DNA from: Verrucomicrobiota bacterium
GTDB taxonomy: Bacteria; Verrucomicrobiota; Verrucomicrobiia; Verrucomicrobiales; DEV007
Assembly (NCBI GenBank): GCA_045046875.1
Contig: JASFYY010000109.1
Span: forward strand, 1 to 52,181
Reading direction: 5' to 3'
DNA length: 52,181 bases
Shown: in pieces, positions 28,491 through 39,752 of the stretch
Numbering within the stretch: position 1 is the first letter of the stretch
How the letters are laid out: every line of letters starts with the position of its first letter
The notes under the pieces: generated by a model
The model's input: the letters and a program-made list of their open reading frames with translations, nothing else
Databases searched by the model: none
What the model was told of the DNA's origin: nothing
Position numbers and translations under genes: made by a program

Positions 28491-29570
28491 ATGTCCGACC
28501 ATATCCGACTCTACATTCCCGGCCCGACCGAAGTTTCTCCCAGCACTTTCGAAGCCATGTCCAAACCGATGATCGGTCATCGCGGCAAAGACTTCCAACA
28601 ACTCTACGGCGGCATGCAAGAACGCCTGCAAACCCTGTTTGAAACCAAACAACCGGTTTTCCTCAGCACCTCCTCCGCCTGGGGCATCATGGAAGGTTCA
28701 CTACGCAACTTGGTCGCCAAAAAAGTGCTCTGCTGCGGCAACGGTGCTTTCTCCGACAAATGGGTCGATGTCGCCCAACGTTGTGGCAAACAAGCCGAAG
28801 GCCTGATGTTCGAATGGGGACAACCGGTCGACCCCGAAGCAGTTCGAGAAAAACTCAGCAGCGGTGAATTTGACGCCATGACTTTGGTTCACAATGAAAC
28901 CTCCACCGGTGTCACCAGCCCGCTGGCAGAAATCGCTGCCGTGGTGCGCGAGTTCGAAGACGTGATGCTGATCGTCGACACCGTCTCTTCATTTTCAGCC
29001 GAACCCACCCCGGTGGATATCAACGGCATCGACGTCATGCTTACGGGCAGTCAAAAAGCACTCGCCCTGCCTCCCGGCCTGGCCCTGTTCACGGTATCCG
29101 ACGCCGCCTTCGCCCGTGCCGCCACGATCAATGATCGCGGTTATTATTTCGACTTCCTCGAGTTCAAAAAGAACCAGGAAAAAGACATGACTCCCAGCAC
29201 ACCCTGCATCCACACCATCAATGGACTGAATGCCAAACTGGACGACATCTTTAGCGAAGGCATTGAGAACCGATACGCGCGTCACAAACACCTCAACAGC
29301 CTCGTTGGCGACTGGGTCACCACCAACGGTTTCGAGTTTTTCGCTCCCGAAGGCTACCGCTCCATTGGTTTGACCTGCATCAAAAATAATCGTGAGATCG
29401 ACGTATCACGCTTCAATCAATTGCTGATCGCCAATCACAGCCTCACCATCAACGGCGGTTACGGCAAGATCAAAGGCATCACCTTCCGCGTATCCAACAT
29501 GGGCGACGAAACTGAACAAAGCATCAAAGAAGTGCTCGCCGCCATGGACGACTCCCTAGCCAAACTCTGA
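28491..29570 (+). CDS. Class V PLP aminotransferase (alanine-glyoxylate/serine-pyruvate family)
   Basis: IPGPTEV, IGHRG, VHNETSTGV, VDTVSS, GSQKALALPPG (PLP Lys), FRVSNMG. Confidence 0.92.
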   Translation: MSDHIRLYIPGPTEVSPSTFEAMSKPMIGHRGKDFQQLYGGMQERLQTLFETKQPVFLSTSSAWGIMEGSLRNLVAKKVLCCGNGAFSDKWVDVAQRCGKQAEGLMFEWGQPVDPEAVREKLSSGEFDAMTLVHNETSTGVTSPLAEIAAVVREFEDVMLIVDTVSSFSAEPTPVDINGIDVMLTGSQKALALPPGLALFTVSDAAFARAATINDRGYYFDFLEFKKNQEKDMTPSTPCIHTINGLNAKLDDIFSEGIENRYARHKHLNSLVGDWVTTNGFEFFAPEGYRSIGLTCIKNNREIDVSRFNQLLIANHSLTINGGYGKIKGITFRVSNMGDETEQSIKEVLAAMDDSLAKL

Positions 29571-29681
29571 TCAACCAGGTGCTCGACCATCATCGGAAAA
29601 ACATTCCGAGTTTTATTCCCTCAATCACCCAGCTTTATAAATCTTGTGGCCCAAAGGGGCGGCCCTAAAAACCCCATCACC

Positions 29682-30725
29682 ATGGAAATCCAGTTCCGCA
29701 CCCTCCACCTCAACAAACGCTACCCACTTAGAATCAGCCGTGGCACATCCACCGGTTCTGACAATCTCTACGTCGGGCTCAGCAAGGACGGCATCACCGG
29801 CTGGGGCGAAATGTCACCCGGCATCAGTGAAAAAGCCTCAACCCCGCAAATTGGCGAAGACGTCCTCAAGGAATTCTGGCAACCCGCCTACGGCAAACTC
29901 TCCATTCATGAAGTGTGGAACAAGGCCCGTCAAGCCGGTGTCGCCCCTTGCGCCCTCGCCGCGCTCGATGTCGCCCTATGGGATTGGTTCGGCAAAAAAT
30001 GCGGCCAACCACTTTACCGGGTTTTTGGTTTATCTAAAAAGATGGTTCCGACCTCGGTCACCATCGGCATCAATCCTCCGGAAGTCGTCAAAGAACGGGT
30101 GCCCGACATCCTCGACCGCACCGGCAGTAAATTTCTGAAAATCAAACTCGGCTCTCCCGAAGGAGTCGAAGCCGACCAGGCAATGTTCGAAGCCGTCCGT
30201 GAATCGGTCAGTGGACGCACAGACCTCGCCCTGCGAGTCGACGCCAATGGTGGTTGGAGTCCGGACGAAGCGATCAAGATGATGCAATGGCTCGCCGATC
30301 GCGGCGTCGAATACGTCGAACAACCGCTCAAGGAAGGCGAGGAAAAACACCTACCACGCCTGTTCGAAAACCGCCCTCTGCCGATCTACCTCGATGAGTC
30401 CTGCCGCTTTTCGGAAAACATTCCCCACTGGGTCGAACACGTGGACGGAGTGAATCTTAAACTAATGAAATGTGGAGGCCTGACCGAAGCCCTGCGCATC
30501 GTCGCCACCGCTCGTGCCCACAAAGTGAAGGTGATGATCGGCTGCATGAGTGAATCCACCCTTTCCATCTCGGCAGGCGCGGCCATCGGTTCACTGCTCG
30601 ACGCCATCGACCTCGACTCGCAGCTCAACATCACCAACGATCCCTGCAGCGGAGCCACGCTGATCGACGGTGCGGTTATACCCAACGAACAACCCGGACA
30701 CGGCGCCACATTCATCAACCCATAA
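29682..30725 (+). CDS. Dipeptide epimerase / enolase-superfamily racemase (L-Ala-D/L-Glu epimerase or DgcA-like)
   Basis: KIKLG, RVDANGGW, YVEQP, YLDES, NLKLMKCGG, GCMSES and DLD motifs. Confidence 0.9.
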   Translation: MEIQFRTLHLNKRYPLRISRGTSTGSDNLYVGLSKDGITGWGEMSPGISEKASTPQIGEDVLKEFWQPAYGKLSIHEVWNKARQAGVAPCALAALDVALWDWFGKKCGQPLYRVFGLSKKMVPTSVTIGINPPEVVKERVPDILDRTGSKFLKIKLGSPEGVEADQAMFEAVRESVSGRTDLALRVDANGGWSPDEAIKMMQWLADRGVEYVEQPLKEGEEKHLPRLFENRPLPIYLDESCRFSENIPHWVEHVDGVNLKLMKCGGLTEALRIVATARAHKVKVMIGCMSESTLSISAGAAIGSLLDAIDLDSQLNITNDPCSGATLIDGAVIPNEQPGHGATFINP

Positions 30726-30738
30726 GAGGAGGACTAAA

Positions 30739-31794
30739 ATGCTCAAACCCAATCAACCACTGGCTATATTTATGGAGGAAAACCTCGGTGAATCCGAGGG
30801 CAAGATGGGATACGGCGTGATGCGCTATTCCCCCAATCCCATTGCATGCGTCATCGACTCCTGCCACGCCGGAAAACAAGTCAACGACGTGGTTGATATG
30901 CCACGCAACTGCCCAGTGGTCGCCACCGTCGAAGAAGCCCGCGCTCTCGGAGCCGAAGTTCTTATTCTCGGCATCGCTCCCACCGGCGGACGCCTGCCTG
31001 AGCATTGGTTGGCACAGCTCGAAAAAGCTCTCCAACTCGACATGTCTCTAGCCAATGGTCTGCACGATGACCTCAACGCCAAGTTCGGACACCTGCTCAA
31101 GGACGATCAATGGATCTGGGATATCCGCCACCCTGGCGAAGCCCCACCGATCACCAGCGCCGACGCTGCCAAGCTCGACAACAAACGGGTATTGATGATA
31201 GGCACCGACATGGCGATCGGTAAAATGACCGCCGGACTGGAAATCTACCGTTGGGTACGCGACCAGGGCCCGCACTCCACCGCCTTCCTCGCCACCGGAC
31301 AAATCGGCATCACCATCACCGGCCGCGGCATCCCGCTGGACGGGATCAAAATCGATCACGCAGTCAACGCCGTATCCACCTTGGTCACCAGCGCCGCAGA
31401 TGATCATATCGTTTTTATCGAAGGCCAGGGTTCACTGCTTCACGCCCGCAGCTCCGCCACCTTGGCTCTGATGCGCGGATCCTGCCCCACCCATTTCATT
31501 CTCTGTCACCGCGCCGGCATGGAAGTGCTCGACCAGATGCCTGAAGTCAAAGTTCCCGACCTCAATGAGTTCATCAAACTCAACGAAGACCTCGCCAGTG
31601 CCTGCGGCACCTTCCCTCGCCCCAAGACCCTCGGCATCGCTTTAAAAACCTCCCATCTCTCCGATCAAGAAGCGCGCACCGCCATCGTCGAGCTCGAGCA
31701 ACAAACCGGACTGCCGGTGGAAGATGTGGTGAGATTTGGATCTGAAAAACTGGGCAGCTTGTTGATCGAACAATCCCTCGACCCAAAGGTCTAA
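30739..31794 (+). CDS. DUF1611 protein (DgcN-like D-glutamate N-acetyltransferase)
   Basis: RBS GAGGAGG; GIAPTGG, NGLH, GTDMAIGKMT, ATGQIG, IEGQGSL. Confidence 0.85.
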   Translation: MLKPNQPLAIFMEENLGESEGKMGYGVMRYSPNPIACVIDSCHAGKQVNDVVDMPRNCPVVATVEEARALGAEVLILGIAPTGGRLPEHWLAQLEKALQLDMSLANGLHDDLNAKFGHLLKDDQWIWDIRHPGEAPPITSADAAKLDNKRVLMIGTDMAIGKMTAGLEIYRWVRDQGPHSTAFLATGQIGITITGRGIPLDGIKIDHAVNAVSTLVTSAADDHIVFIEGQGSLLHARSSATLALMRGSCPTHFILCHRAGMEVLDQMPEVKVPDLNEFIKLNEDLASACGTFPRPKTLGIALKTSHLSDQEARTAIVELEQQTGLPVEDVVRFGSEKLGSLLIEQSLDPKV

Positions 31795-31866
31795 CCCTAC
31801 GTCAGCCTAGGGCAACGCCCTGGGTGAACCCCCACCTTATAGCAGCCCAAAGGGGCTGCCCTAAAA
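31780..31866 (+). repeat. Tripartite REP-like element (hairpin - AGCCTAGGGCAACGCCCTGGG - hairpin)
   Basis: GACCCAAAGGTC...AGCCTAGGGCAACGCCCTGGG...GCCCAAAGGGGCTGCCCTAAAA. Related copies at 29649-29670, 23543-23562 and 52051-52133 (minus). Confidence 0.7.
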
Positions 31867-31869
31867 CCA

Positions 31870-34524
31870 ATGATCTCTATCCATCACCCTTCCTCCAATC
31901 CCTTGGTCATTTTTTTAAGCTTACTATTGATAGCCACCCCCATCTGGGCCGCACCAATCAAAATCCAAGTCTCCCCCGGCGGCCCCATCAGCAACCTGAC
32001 CCAAGCACGCGACGAACTGCGCAAACAACGCTCCGCCCACCCTGAGCTCGCCAAGCAAGGCGCACAAATCACCATCGCAGCAGGCACCTATTACATCGAC
32101 AAGGCCATCCTCTTCGAAGCTGGTGACGGTGGCAGCAAAGACTCTCCCGTCATTTATCAAGCCGCCTCGGACGCCCAGATCATCATCTCCGGCGGACGCC
32201 CCATCACCGCTTGGACACTCAACGCAGAAGGCTTGTGGCAAACCCAAATCCCCTCAGTCGCTGACGGCTCCTGGTTTTTCGAACAATTATGGATCAACGG
32301 CCAACGTGCCATTCGCGCCCGCGAACCCAACCGGTTCTTCAACTACCTGCAAGACGTGCGCGAAGAAGATATCCCCGATCAAAAAGGGCAGCCAAAAAAC
32401 CAAGCCCGTCAGATCCTAACGGTCGATGCCAAACAACTGACCAGCCTCAAGGGCCTCCCGGGCAAAGCCTTGCAACGTATCCAACTGCTGGCTTATCACA
32501 AATGGGACAATACCCGTCGTTTCCTCAACTCCGCGGATCTGATCAACGGAACCCTGACCATCTCCGGTCAAAAAATGAAATCCCACAACCCACTGAAACG
32601 CAACACCGGTTATATTTTGGAAAACTACCGTGCCGCTCTCGATCAAGCTGGAGAATGGTTTCTCGACATCGACAGCGGCATCCTGCTCTATCACCCGCGC
32701 CCCGGCGAGGACATCAAAACAGCCAAAGTCATCGCTCCCGTGGCAGAAAAACTCATGTCCATCAAAGGCGATTCAACTGCCGGCAAATGGGTCGAGCACC
32801 TTGAATTCCGCGGTTTGAATTTTCTCCACAGCCAATGGATCACACCGGCAAGTGGTTTTGACCCCGCCCAGGCCGCCGCCCCCATCGAAGCCGCCATCCA
32901 AATTGACGGTGCCCGCCAGGTCCGTTTCGAAAATTGCGAAATAGCCCACACCGGCATCTACGCCATTTGGTTCCGTCGCGGATGTCAAAACAACCAAGTC
33001 ATCCACAATCACCTGCACGACCTCGGTGCTGGCGGAGTGCGCATCGGCGAAACCGCTATCGCCAAAAACGCCGCCGACCAGACTCACCATATCAAAGTGG
33101 ACAACAACCTCATCCACAACGGCGGCCATATCTTCCCTTGTGCTGTCGGAGCCTGGATCGGTCAAAGCGGTGACAACCAAATTACCCACAACGACATCGG
33201 CGACTTCTTTTACACCGGTGTCTCCGTCGGTTGGCGCTGGGGATACAGCAACAGCCTCGCCGCACGCAACCACATCGACTTCAACCGCATTCATCACATC
33301 GGCAAAGGTCTGCTCAGTGACATGGGCGGCGTTTACACCCTCGGGCCCTCGCCGGGAACCACGGTTAACAACAACGTCATCCACGATATCCTCTCCTGGA
33401 GCTACGGCGGTTGGGGGCTCTACACTGACGAAGGCAGCAGCGGCATCCTGATGGAAAACAACCTGGTTTACCGCACCAAGTCCGGCGGCTTTCACCAACA
33501 CTACGGCAAGGAAAACATCATCCGCAACAACATCCTCGCTTTTGCCCGCGAGCAACAAGTGCAACGCTCACGAGTCGAAGAGCATCTCTCCTTCACCTTC
33601 GAACGCAACATCGTTTACTGGGACGAAGGGGATCTCTTCAAGGGCTCGTGGAAAGATGACAAGGTCAAACTCAATCACAATCTCTACTGGCAAAACAAAC
33701 AGCCCAGCCCCCTTTTTGACGGTAAAAGCTTCAGCGAGTGGCAGGCCAGCGGTAAAGACACGGGCTCGCTGCTGACTGACCCACGGTTTGTCGATCCCGC
33801 CAAACATGATTTTCGTCTTCAAAAAAATTCACCGGCAGCAAAAATCGGCTTCGTCCCCTTCGACTATTCCAAAGCCGGGGTTTACGGCGATGCCAAATGG
33901 GTGCAAAAAGCCAGGGACTTCACCACCAAGCTGCCCGCGATGCAAGACCCTCCACCCGCTCCTCAGCTGACCTTCATCCACAACTTCGAGTTCGGCCGTA
34001 TGCCGATGGACTCCAGAATCAGCAAGAGTGAAAACAACGGCAAAGTCGAAGTGCTCAAATCTCCACTCGCCCAGCAAGGCAACTCCGCGCTCAGGATGCT
34101 CAATACCGCCGGGCAAAAAGGCAATCACTGGTATCTCAACCTCAAACATGAAGATCGCACCAGTCGTCTCGCATTTGCCCTGCGATTGAGTCCTGGAGCG
34201 GTGTTCCAACATGAGTGGCGCGATTCAGAACGCCCCTATCAAGTCGGCCCCTCTTTCCGCATTGCCAACAACAAACTGACTCTTCCCGGCAACAGCATCG
34301 ACCTCCCCAGCAATACGTGGATCAATATCGAGGTCAGCGCCCCGCTCGGCAAACAGGCTGGTCAATGGCAAGTCAAAATCACCTTACCTAAAGGCGAGCC
34401 TCGCATCTATAAAGATCTGCCACTGCGATCCCCCCAATGGAATCGAGTCAACTGGATCGGCTTCATCTGCCCACCCAAGGTCGCCTCCGAAATCTGGATC
34501 GACGACATGATACTCAGCCGCTGA
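31870..34524 (+). CDS. Right-handed parallel beta-helix protein, GH141-like, secreted
   Basis: [34 protein letters not shown] repeats, [21 protein letters not shown]; extra C-terminal beta-rich domain. Confidence 0.75.
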   Translation: MISIHHPSSNPLVIFLSLLLIATPIWAAPIKIQVSPGGPISNLTQARDELRKQRSAHPELAKQGAQITIAAGTYYIDKAILFEAGDGGSKDSPVIYQAASDAQIIISGGRPITAWTLNAEGLWQTQIPSVADGSWFFEQLWINGQRAIRAREPNRFFNYLQDVREEDIPDQKGQPKNQARQILTVDAKQLTSLKGLPGKALQRIQLLAYHKWDNTRRFLNSADLINGTLTISGQKMKSHNPLKRNTGYILENYRAALDQAGEWFLDIDSGILLYHPRPGEDIKTAKVIAPVAEKLMSIKGDSTAGKWVEHLEFRGLNFLHSQWITPASGFDPAQAAAPIEAAIQIDGARQVRFENCEIAHTGIYAIWFRRGCQNNQVIHNHLHDLGAGGVRIGETAIAKNAADQTHHIKVDNNLIHNGGHIFPCAVGAWIGQSGDNQITHNDIGDFFYTGVSVGWRWGYSNSLAARNHIDFNRIHHIGKGLLSDMGGVYTLGPSPGTTVNNNVIHDILSWSYGGWGLYTDEGSSGILMENNLVYRTKSGGFHQHYGKENIIRNNILAFAREQQVQRSRVEEHLSFTFERNIVYWDEGDLFKGSWKDDKVKLNHNLYWQNKQPSPLFDGKSFSEWQASGKDTGSLLTDPRFVDPAKHDFRLQKNSPAAKIGFVPFDYSKAGVYGDAKWVQKARDFTTKLPAMQDPPPAPQLTFIHNFEFGRMPMDSRISKSENNGKVEVLKSPLAQQGNSALRMLNTAGQKGNHWYLNLKHEDRTSRLAFALRLSPGAVFQHEWRDSERPYQVGPSFRIANNKLTLPGNSIDLPSNTWINIEVSAPLGKQAGQWQVKITLPKGEPRIYKDLPLRSPQWNRVNWIGFICPPKVASEIWIDDMILSR

Positions 34525-34540
34525 ACAACGTTTACTTCAT

Positions 34541-37342
34541 CTACTTGGCCGTCGTCAGGAACTCCAGTAGATCCGCGACATCCTGAAGACTCAAGATACC
34601 CTCCAGTCCCTCCGGCATCAGTGACATGCCGATCCCTTTCATGCCTTCGATATCCTTGCGCACCACTTTTTTCTCCACTCCGAAGGGTTGGCGAATCGTC
34701 ACCTCGGTGGATGACTCGTTGGCGATCATCCCCACCACCACTTCACCGCCCTTCAGGGTGAAAGCATAAGTTTGGAACTGCGGAGCCACCTCTTTGTTGG
34801 GATCAAATATATTGCCCAAAATCGAATCTTTGCCTGCCGCGATAAACGTCACCACATCCGGCCCCAGAACAAAGCCCTTGTCACCATAGCGGTGACAGGA
34901 TATGCACACCGTTTCGTATTTTGCCTGGCCCTTTTTTGCATCGCCCTTCATCGTCAAGGCTTTCTGATAGCGTGCCACCACAGCAGAACGCGCTTCTTTT
35001 TTCACCACAGGAAATACCGCTGCCGCCAACTCCTTCACTCTTGCATCGCGGTGCCCGCGCAACATATCCACTTGGTTCGCCGATAAATCCGTCTTGGCTA
35101 TCTTTTTATCCTGAACCGCTTTCAACAAACTCGTGGAACGATCGGGTCGAGCCAAAAACAAGTCCATCGCCACCGAACGCACCTGCGGGTTCCAAGCCGC
35201 CCACTTCGATACCAACAAGGTTTTCAACTCAGCGGCATTGCGGCGACCCAACGCATTGAGCAAAGCCAGTTGTAACTTCACCGAATCAGTCCCCTTCAAT
35301 GCCTCAGCCAAAATACCCGACGTTTTTGAATCAGGAGAAAAAGCGCTCAACTGAACCGCCTGAACACGTTTGTCTTCCGCTGCCTTGGCGTCGCCCGCCG
35401 TCGTCAGGGATTGAGCAAAAACCGGTGCCAGAACTTTGTCCTTATCCGCTTTGGCCAGAGAATTTTTCACCACCGCCAAACCACTGCCCAACTGTTCCAC
35501 CAAAGCCAGACCCACCGTGTTTTGAGCATTCTCTACCGCTACCTTCAACACCACCTTGATCGCTGCCTCGTCGTTGGTTTTACCTACCACTTCAGCCAGA
35601 CGTGCCAGAAACGCTCCGTTGGCCTGCGTATCCTTGACCAGTGCAATAAACAAATCCCGTGCCTCCGCACCATTGCCGATGGCGTTCAAAGCCGCCGCCT
35701 CCACCCACAGATCACCGCGTGATTGATTCACCAGGCCTGCCAGTTCTGCCGCTTTGCCTTTGCCGTCTTCTTTAGCCAAAGCCAGCGCCCGACGAAACCG
35801 ACCTTCCGCCGTATCCGCTGCCGGAGCCACTCCCCAACCCGCGCCCGCACGTTTGTCCCCGCGTTGCCATAACAATCGCTGAGCCGTCACCCGGTGCCAG
35901 CCATTGGCATGATTCAGCAAAGCCGCCAACTCGTCGTTCGAAGCCTCACTTAACTTCGCCGTCTTACGCCGCTCGAAGTTTTCTGGTTTCACCCGGTAAA
36001 TACGCCCCTGATCGGTTCCACTGTTCAGGTCGAGGAATTTTTTAATCCCCGGTGGCAGAGACCAGGGGTGCTCAATCGTCTCGCGTGACATATCCACCAC
36101 ATACAGACAACCATCAGGCCCATTGGCCGAAGCCGTGGCGCGGAACCAGTTATCCGTAGAAGCCAGGAACTCCAACTCTTTTTCATCCGCAGGCCGGGTA
36201 GCCACCAGCGCCGTCTGTCCGGCTTTATGCTTCACCAGTTTCCGATGCACCAGATTGCTGCCCGCATCCCCGGTGAAAGCATTATCCACAAATTCATCCC
36301 CCAGCGCATCGCCAGTATAAAGTGTGACCGCTGTGCCTCCGGTGAAATAACCCGAAACCCGTCCACCTCCCTCGGCTCCACCTCGCACCACCCCCGCTAC
36401 CCGCCAACGGGTGCGAATGATACGCCACGGCTCGTCTGGGCTGATCCGGTAAACCGTGCAAGCGGCGCCATCATCAGCGATGCCTACCAGCGCATTGGGT
36501 AGGGAAAAATACGGCCCCGGCTGGGTCCAGCCTTTTTCCCACATAACCGCTATGATATGATTACTATTGCTGCTGACAAAACGCTGCCCCTTGGAATCAA
36601 AGCTCAAGCCATACTGGGCAGTGCCATTTTCAGTGCGGAAATCGAGAGTTTTAGGATCAAAAGAAAAATCCCGCCCGTTCACCGCAATCTCCTCCGACTC
36701 AGCTTGCTCAGGACGCCTGACACTGCCGCCGGTTCCCGCCGTCGCCCCCCAGATCCGGTTATCCGGCCCCCAGCGCAAGCTGTTGGCGAGCGCCTGCATA
36801 TTCAAACGCTCCTTGCCCTTGCCAAAACCCGTAAATACCACCTTCTCAATATCCGCCACCCCATCCCCGTCACTGTCTTTAAAATAATACAAGTTAGGCG
36901 TCGCGATCACAAAAACCCCACCATCGTAACACACCACCCCGGTCGGCCACTTCAAACCCTTGGCGTAAATCGTCGCTTTTTCATAAACCCCGTCGTCATC
37001 TTCATCCACCAACATCCGGATGCGTCCACGATCCTCGTCACGCCTCTCGGAATAACCACGCATCTCCACGGCGAACATCCTCCCGTCTTCATCAAAATCG
37101 ATCGCCACCGGATCCATCACCTGTGGTTCATGCGCCGCCAACTCGATCTGCAACCCCTTGTGCACTTCAAAAGTAGCCAGCGCTTTGCCAGGTGACGTTG
37201 GCGCGATTCTCGGCATATCCTTGGCATTCGCCTCCGGTCCAGCCGGGTCGCCTTTGTAGTCGAGTGCCATCAGCGGCAGCAGCAGGGCTAACGAACAAAT
37301 GCAAAACGTTGCAGGTAAATGAAATTTATTCTTGTTGTACAT
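34541..37342 (-). CDS. PVC-type heme-binding CxxCH protein
   Basis: ELAAHEPQVMDPV, EFLASTDNWFR, GPDGCLYVVDMSRETIEHP, CISCH, SLMPEGLE. Confidence 0.9.
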   Translation of the reverse strand: MYNKNKFHLPATFCICSLALLLPLMALDYKGDPAGPEANAKDMPRIAPTSPGKALATFEVHKGLQIELAAHEPQVMDPVAIDFDEDGRMFAVEMRGYSERRDEDRGRIRMLVDEDDDGVYEKATIYAKGLKWPTGVVCYDGGVFVIATPNLYYFKDSDGDGVADIEKVVFTGFGKGKERLNMQALANSLRWGPDNRIWGATAGTGGSVRRPEQAESEEIAVNGRDFSFDPKTLDFRTENGTAQYGLSFDSKGQRFVSSNSNHIIAVMWEKGWTQPGPYFSLPNALVGIADDGAACTVYRISPDEPWRIIRTRWRVAGVVRGGAEGGGRVSGYFTGGTAVTLYTGDALGDEFVDNAFTGDAGSNLVHRKLVKHKAGQTALVATRPADEKELEFLASTDNWFRATASANGPDGCLYVVDMSRETIEHPWSLPPGIKKFLDLNSGTDQGRIYRVKPENFERRKTAKLSEASNDELAALLNHANGWHRVTAQRLLWQRGDKRAGAGWGVAPAADTAEGRFRRALALAKEDGKGKAAELAGLVNQSRGDLWVEAAALNAIGNGAEARDLFIALVKDTQANGAFLARLAEVVGKTNDEAAIKVVLKVAVENAQNTVGLALVEQLGSGLAVVKNSLAKADKDKVLAPVFAQSLTTAGDAKAAEDKRVQAVQLSAFSPDSKTSGILAEALKGTDSVKLQLALLNALGRRNAAELKTLLVSKWAAWNPQVRSVAMDLFLARPDRSTSLLKAVQDKKIAKTDLSANQVDMLRGHRDARVKELAAAVFPVVKKEARSAVVARYQKALTMKGDAKKGQAKYETVCISCHRYGDKGFVLGPDVVTFIAAGKDSILGNIFDPNKEVAPQFQTYAFTLKGGEVVVGMIANESSTEVTIRQPFGVEKKVVRKDIEGMKGIGMSLMPEGLEGILSLQDVADLLEFLTTAK

Positions 37343-37438
37343 AACAATTGGGGATTAGTTTTCGAACGCCATAGAGATAAACTCACCTTTAACAAGTTCC
37401 ACTTGTTTTTTATTAAAATCCCCAGCAACTAAATACCC

Positions 37439-38374
37439 ATGAAACGCCGCACTTTTCTCAAAAAATCCACCCTCGCCGCACTGGCTTCAAGCCCACTGCT
37501 GCCCGCCACCTCCCAGGCTCAGGAAAAAGAGTTCATCATCGACATTCATCAACACCTCGCCTTTCATGAAAGAGATGACGCCGTCTTCCTGAAACACCAA
37601 AAAGCCATGGGCATTGGCAAAACCGTATTGCTACCCGCCGGAAGGCCCGTCAAACGCCCGTCCACCCGCAACGGCAGCGCCAACGGACTCGCCGCCAAAG
37701 TTTCCGGCAACGAACCCGCCGCCGCCCTGGCAGCCAAACATCCCGACGCTTACATCTATTTCTGCAACGAAGTTCCAGATCTCCCCGAGACAAAAAGCGT
37801 GCTGGAGAAATGGCTGAACAAAGATGCCCGAGGCATCGGTGAACAAAAATTTCACCTCGAAGTCGACTCAAAGGAAATGCAACTGATCTACCAAATCGCC
37901 CGGGAATTTGATGTGCCGGTTCTGATGCACATCCAGCACAACTCCTACAACCTCGGTTTTGAACGCCTCCACAAAATGCTCGAAAAATACCCCACGGTTA
38001 ATTTCATCGGTCACGCCCAGACCTGGTGGGGCAATGTCGATAAAAACCACGACCAGAAAGCCATGTACCCCAAAGGCAAAGTCACTCCAGGCGGTCTAAC
38101 GGATAAACTGCTCGCCGATTACCCCAACATTTACGGTGACCTCTCAGCCGGTTCCGGCCACAACGCCTTCAAGCGCGACGAAGAACAAGGCGCCGCCTTC
38201 CTCCACCGCCATCAGGACAAACTCTGTCTCGGCACCGACTGTGCCGACACCGTCGGCGAAGGCGGCAAATGCTCCGGTGCCCAGCAAATTGCCATCGTCC
38301 GCAAGCTGGTGCCCGAAGCTGATGTGCGCAAAAAAATATTCTCCACCAACGCCCAGAAAATCATCCGGTTCTAA
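37439..38374 (+). CDS. Amidohydrolase family protein (Amidohydro_2-like), Tat signal
   Basis: MKRRTFLK, IDIHQH, GIGEQK, PVLMH, FIGHA, LGTD. Confidence 0.85.
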   Translation: MKRRTFLKKSTLAALASSPLLPATSQAQEKEFIIDIHQHLAFHERDDAVFLKHQKAMGIGKTVLLPAGRPVKRPSTRNGSANGLAAKVSGNEPAAALAAKHPDAYIYFCNEVPDLPETKSVLEKWLNKDARGIGEQKFHLEVDSKEMQLIYQIAREFDVPVLMHIQHNSYNLGFERLHKMLEKYPTVNFIGHAQTWWGNVDKNHDQKAMYPKGKVTPGGLTDKLLADYPNIYGDLSAGSGHNAFKRDEEQGAAFLHRHQDKLCLGTDCADTVGEGGKCSGAQQIAIVRKLVPEADVRKKIFSTNAQKIIRF

Positions 38375-38686
38375 ATGAAGCTCTGATCACTTGTAACTAT
38401 TCACGACTTTCGCCAAACGTCTGCGAGTCGATAGAACTGATACAAAAACCTGATTTTCCATCAGTGATAATCAGTGATTTACATTTCAGTTAACCTCTGA
38501 TGGCTTCTAATGCTTTAAAAGGATAAAGGGCATCTCACCCGTCCCCCGCATATTCGTGTTTCTTAGTGTCCATTTGTCTCAGACTATTTCAACGTAGTCT
38601 CAGCATGCCCCCACCCACTCCCAATCGCGGTTATTGACTCTGTATGTCTTCACTACGTTCCGGCTCGCGGTTATTCGCAGTTCATT

Positions 38687-39739
38687 TTATTTCTCTTCCT
38701 CCGCCGCCGGTGCTGGCCCCAACAACACCGCCAACCATTGCATCTCCGGATTGCCCTCCGCCACGATCTTAACCACCATTGTCAAAGGCACCGACAACAG
38801 CATGCCCACCGGCCCGAACAACCAGCCCCAGAAGATCAAAGACAGAAAAACGAACAAAGCCGACAGCCCCACCCTCTTCCCCATCAGCATAGGTTCGATC
38901 ACATTACCCATACCCACATTCACCGCTACATAAATACCCGCCACCACCAAAGCGCTGGTCATGCTCAGTTGCACCAAAGCTAACAACACCGCAGGCACCG
39001 CTGCCATGATCGATCCAATATTGGGAATAAAATTAAGCACGAAAGCCAAAAAAGCCCACAGAATGGCAAAGTCCAAGCCCACCACTTTGAGCCCGATATA
39101 AACCAGGGTCGCCGTGATCAAACTGATAAAAGCCTTGGCTCCGACATACTGGTTCATGCTCTCCATGATGCGCGACAAGCGTTTCATCGAATTCTCCCCC
39201 GCTCCCCCTTTCATCAATAGCACCTTACGTGAAAATCCCTCGGCCTCCACTAACATCATCATAACCGTAAAAATAATCAGCAAAGCATTACTCATCACTC
39301 CGGCCAGACTTCCCAGCATCGTATTGACAAAGCCCATCGCCATTCCAGGATTGAGCACCTTTTGAATTCCCGCTTTACTGACATCCACCCCATTCGCATC
39401 CAACCAAGTAATCAAATTCTGAGTGAGCCCACTCAGGCGTTTTTGGTAATTCGGCAAAGCTTCATTAAATTGCTCGATGGTCGCCCCCAGCATCACCGCT
39501 ACCAGCACATTCACTGCGATCACCGCCAGAATGACAAATCCCACCGCCAACGACGATGGCAAGCCTCTATTTTTCAGCCATTCAATCGGCCCTCTGGCAA
39601 TCACGGCTATGAATAAAGCGAGCAAAAACGGCACCACAATATCCGCCGCGTAACGCGCTCCGAACAATAGCACCGCAACGCCCGCCATCGTCAACACCCG
39701 GTCATGCAATGGACTGGAATTAATCTTTACTTCACTCAT
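38687..39739 (-). CDS. AI-2E family transporter
   Basis: VPFLLALFIA, LNFIPNIGSI, GNVIEP, FWGWLFGPVGMLLSVPLT. Likely ATG 39739. Confidence 0.9.
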   Translation of the reverse strand: MSEVKINSSPLHDRVLTMAGVAVLLFGARYAADIVVPFLLALFIAVIARGPIEWLKNRGLPSSLAVGFVILAVIAVNVLVAVMLGATIEQFNEALPNYQKRLSGLTQNLITWLDANGVDVSKAGIQKVLNPGMAMGFVNTMLGSLAGVMSNALLIIFTVMMMLVEAEGFSRKVLLMKGGAGENSMKRLSRIMESMNQYVGAKAFISLITATLVYIGLKVVGLDFAILWAFLAFVLNFIPNIGSIMAAVPAVLLALVQLSMTSALVVAGIYVAVNVGMGNVIEPMLMGKRVGLSALFVFLSLIFWGWLFGPVGMLLSVPLTMVVKIVAEGNPEMQWLAVLLGPAPAAEEEK

Positions 39740-39752
39740 TTTAATTGCTTTA

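Noticed and set aside
38375..38545. Possible gene remnant in the AT-rich spacer (…DALYPFKALEAIRG* on minus)
   Set aside because: Too short and without a recognisable motif to support a call.
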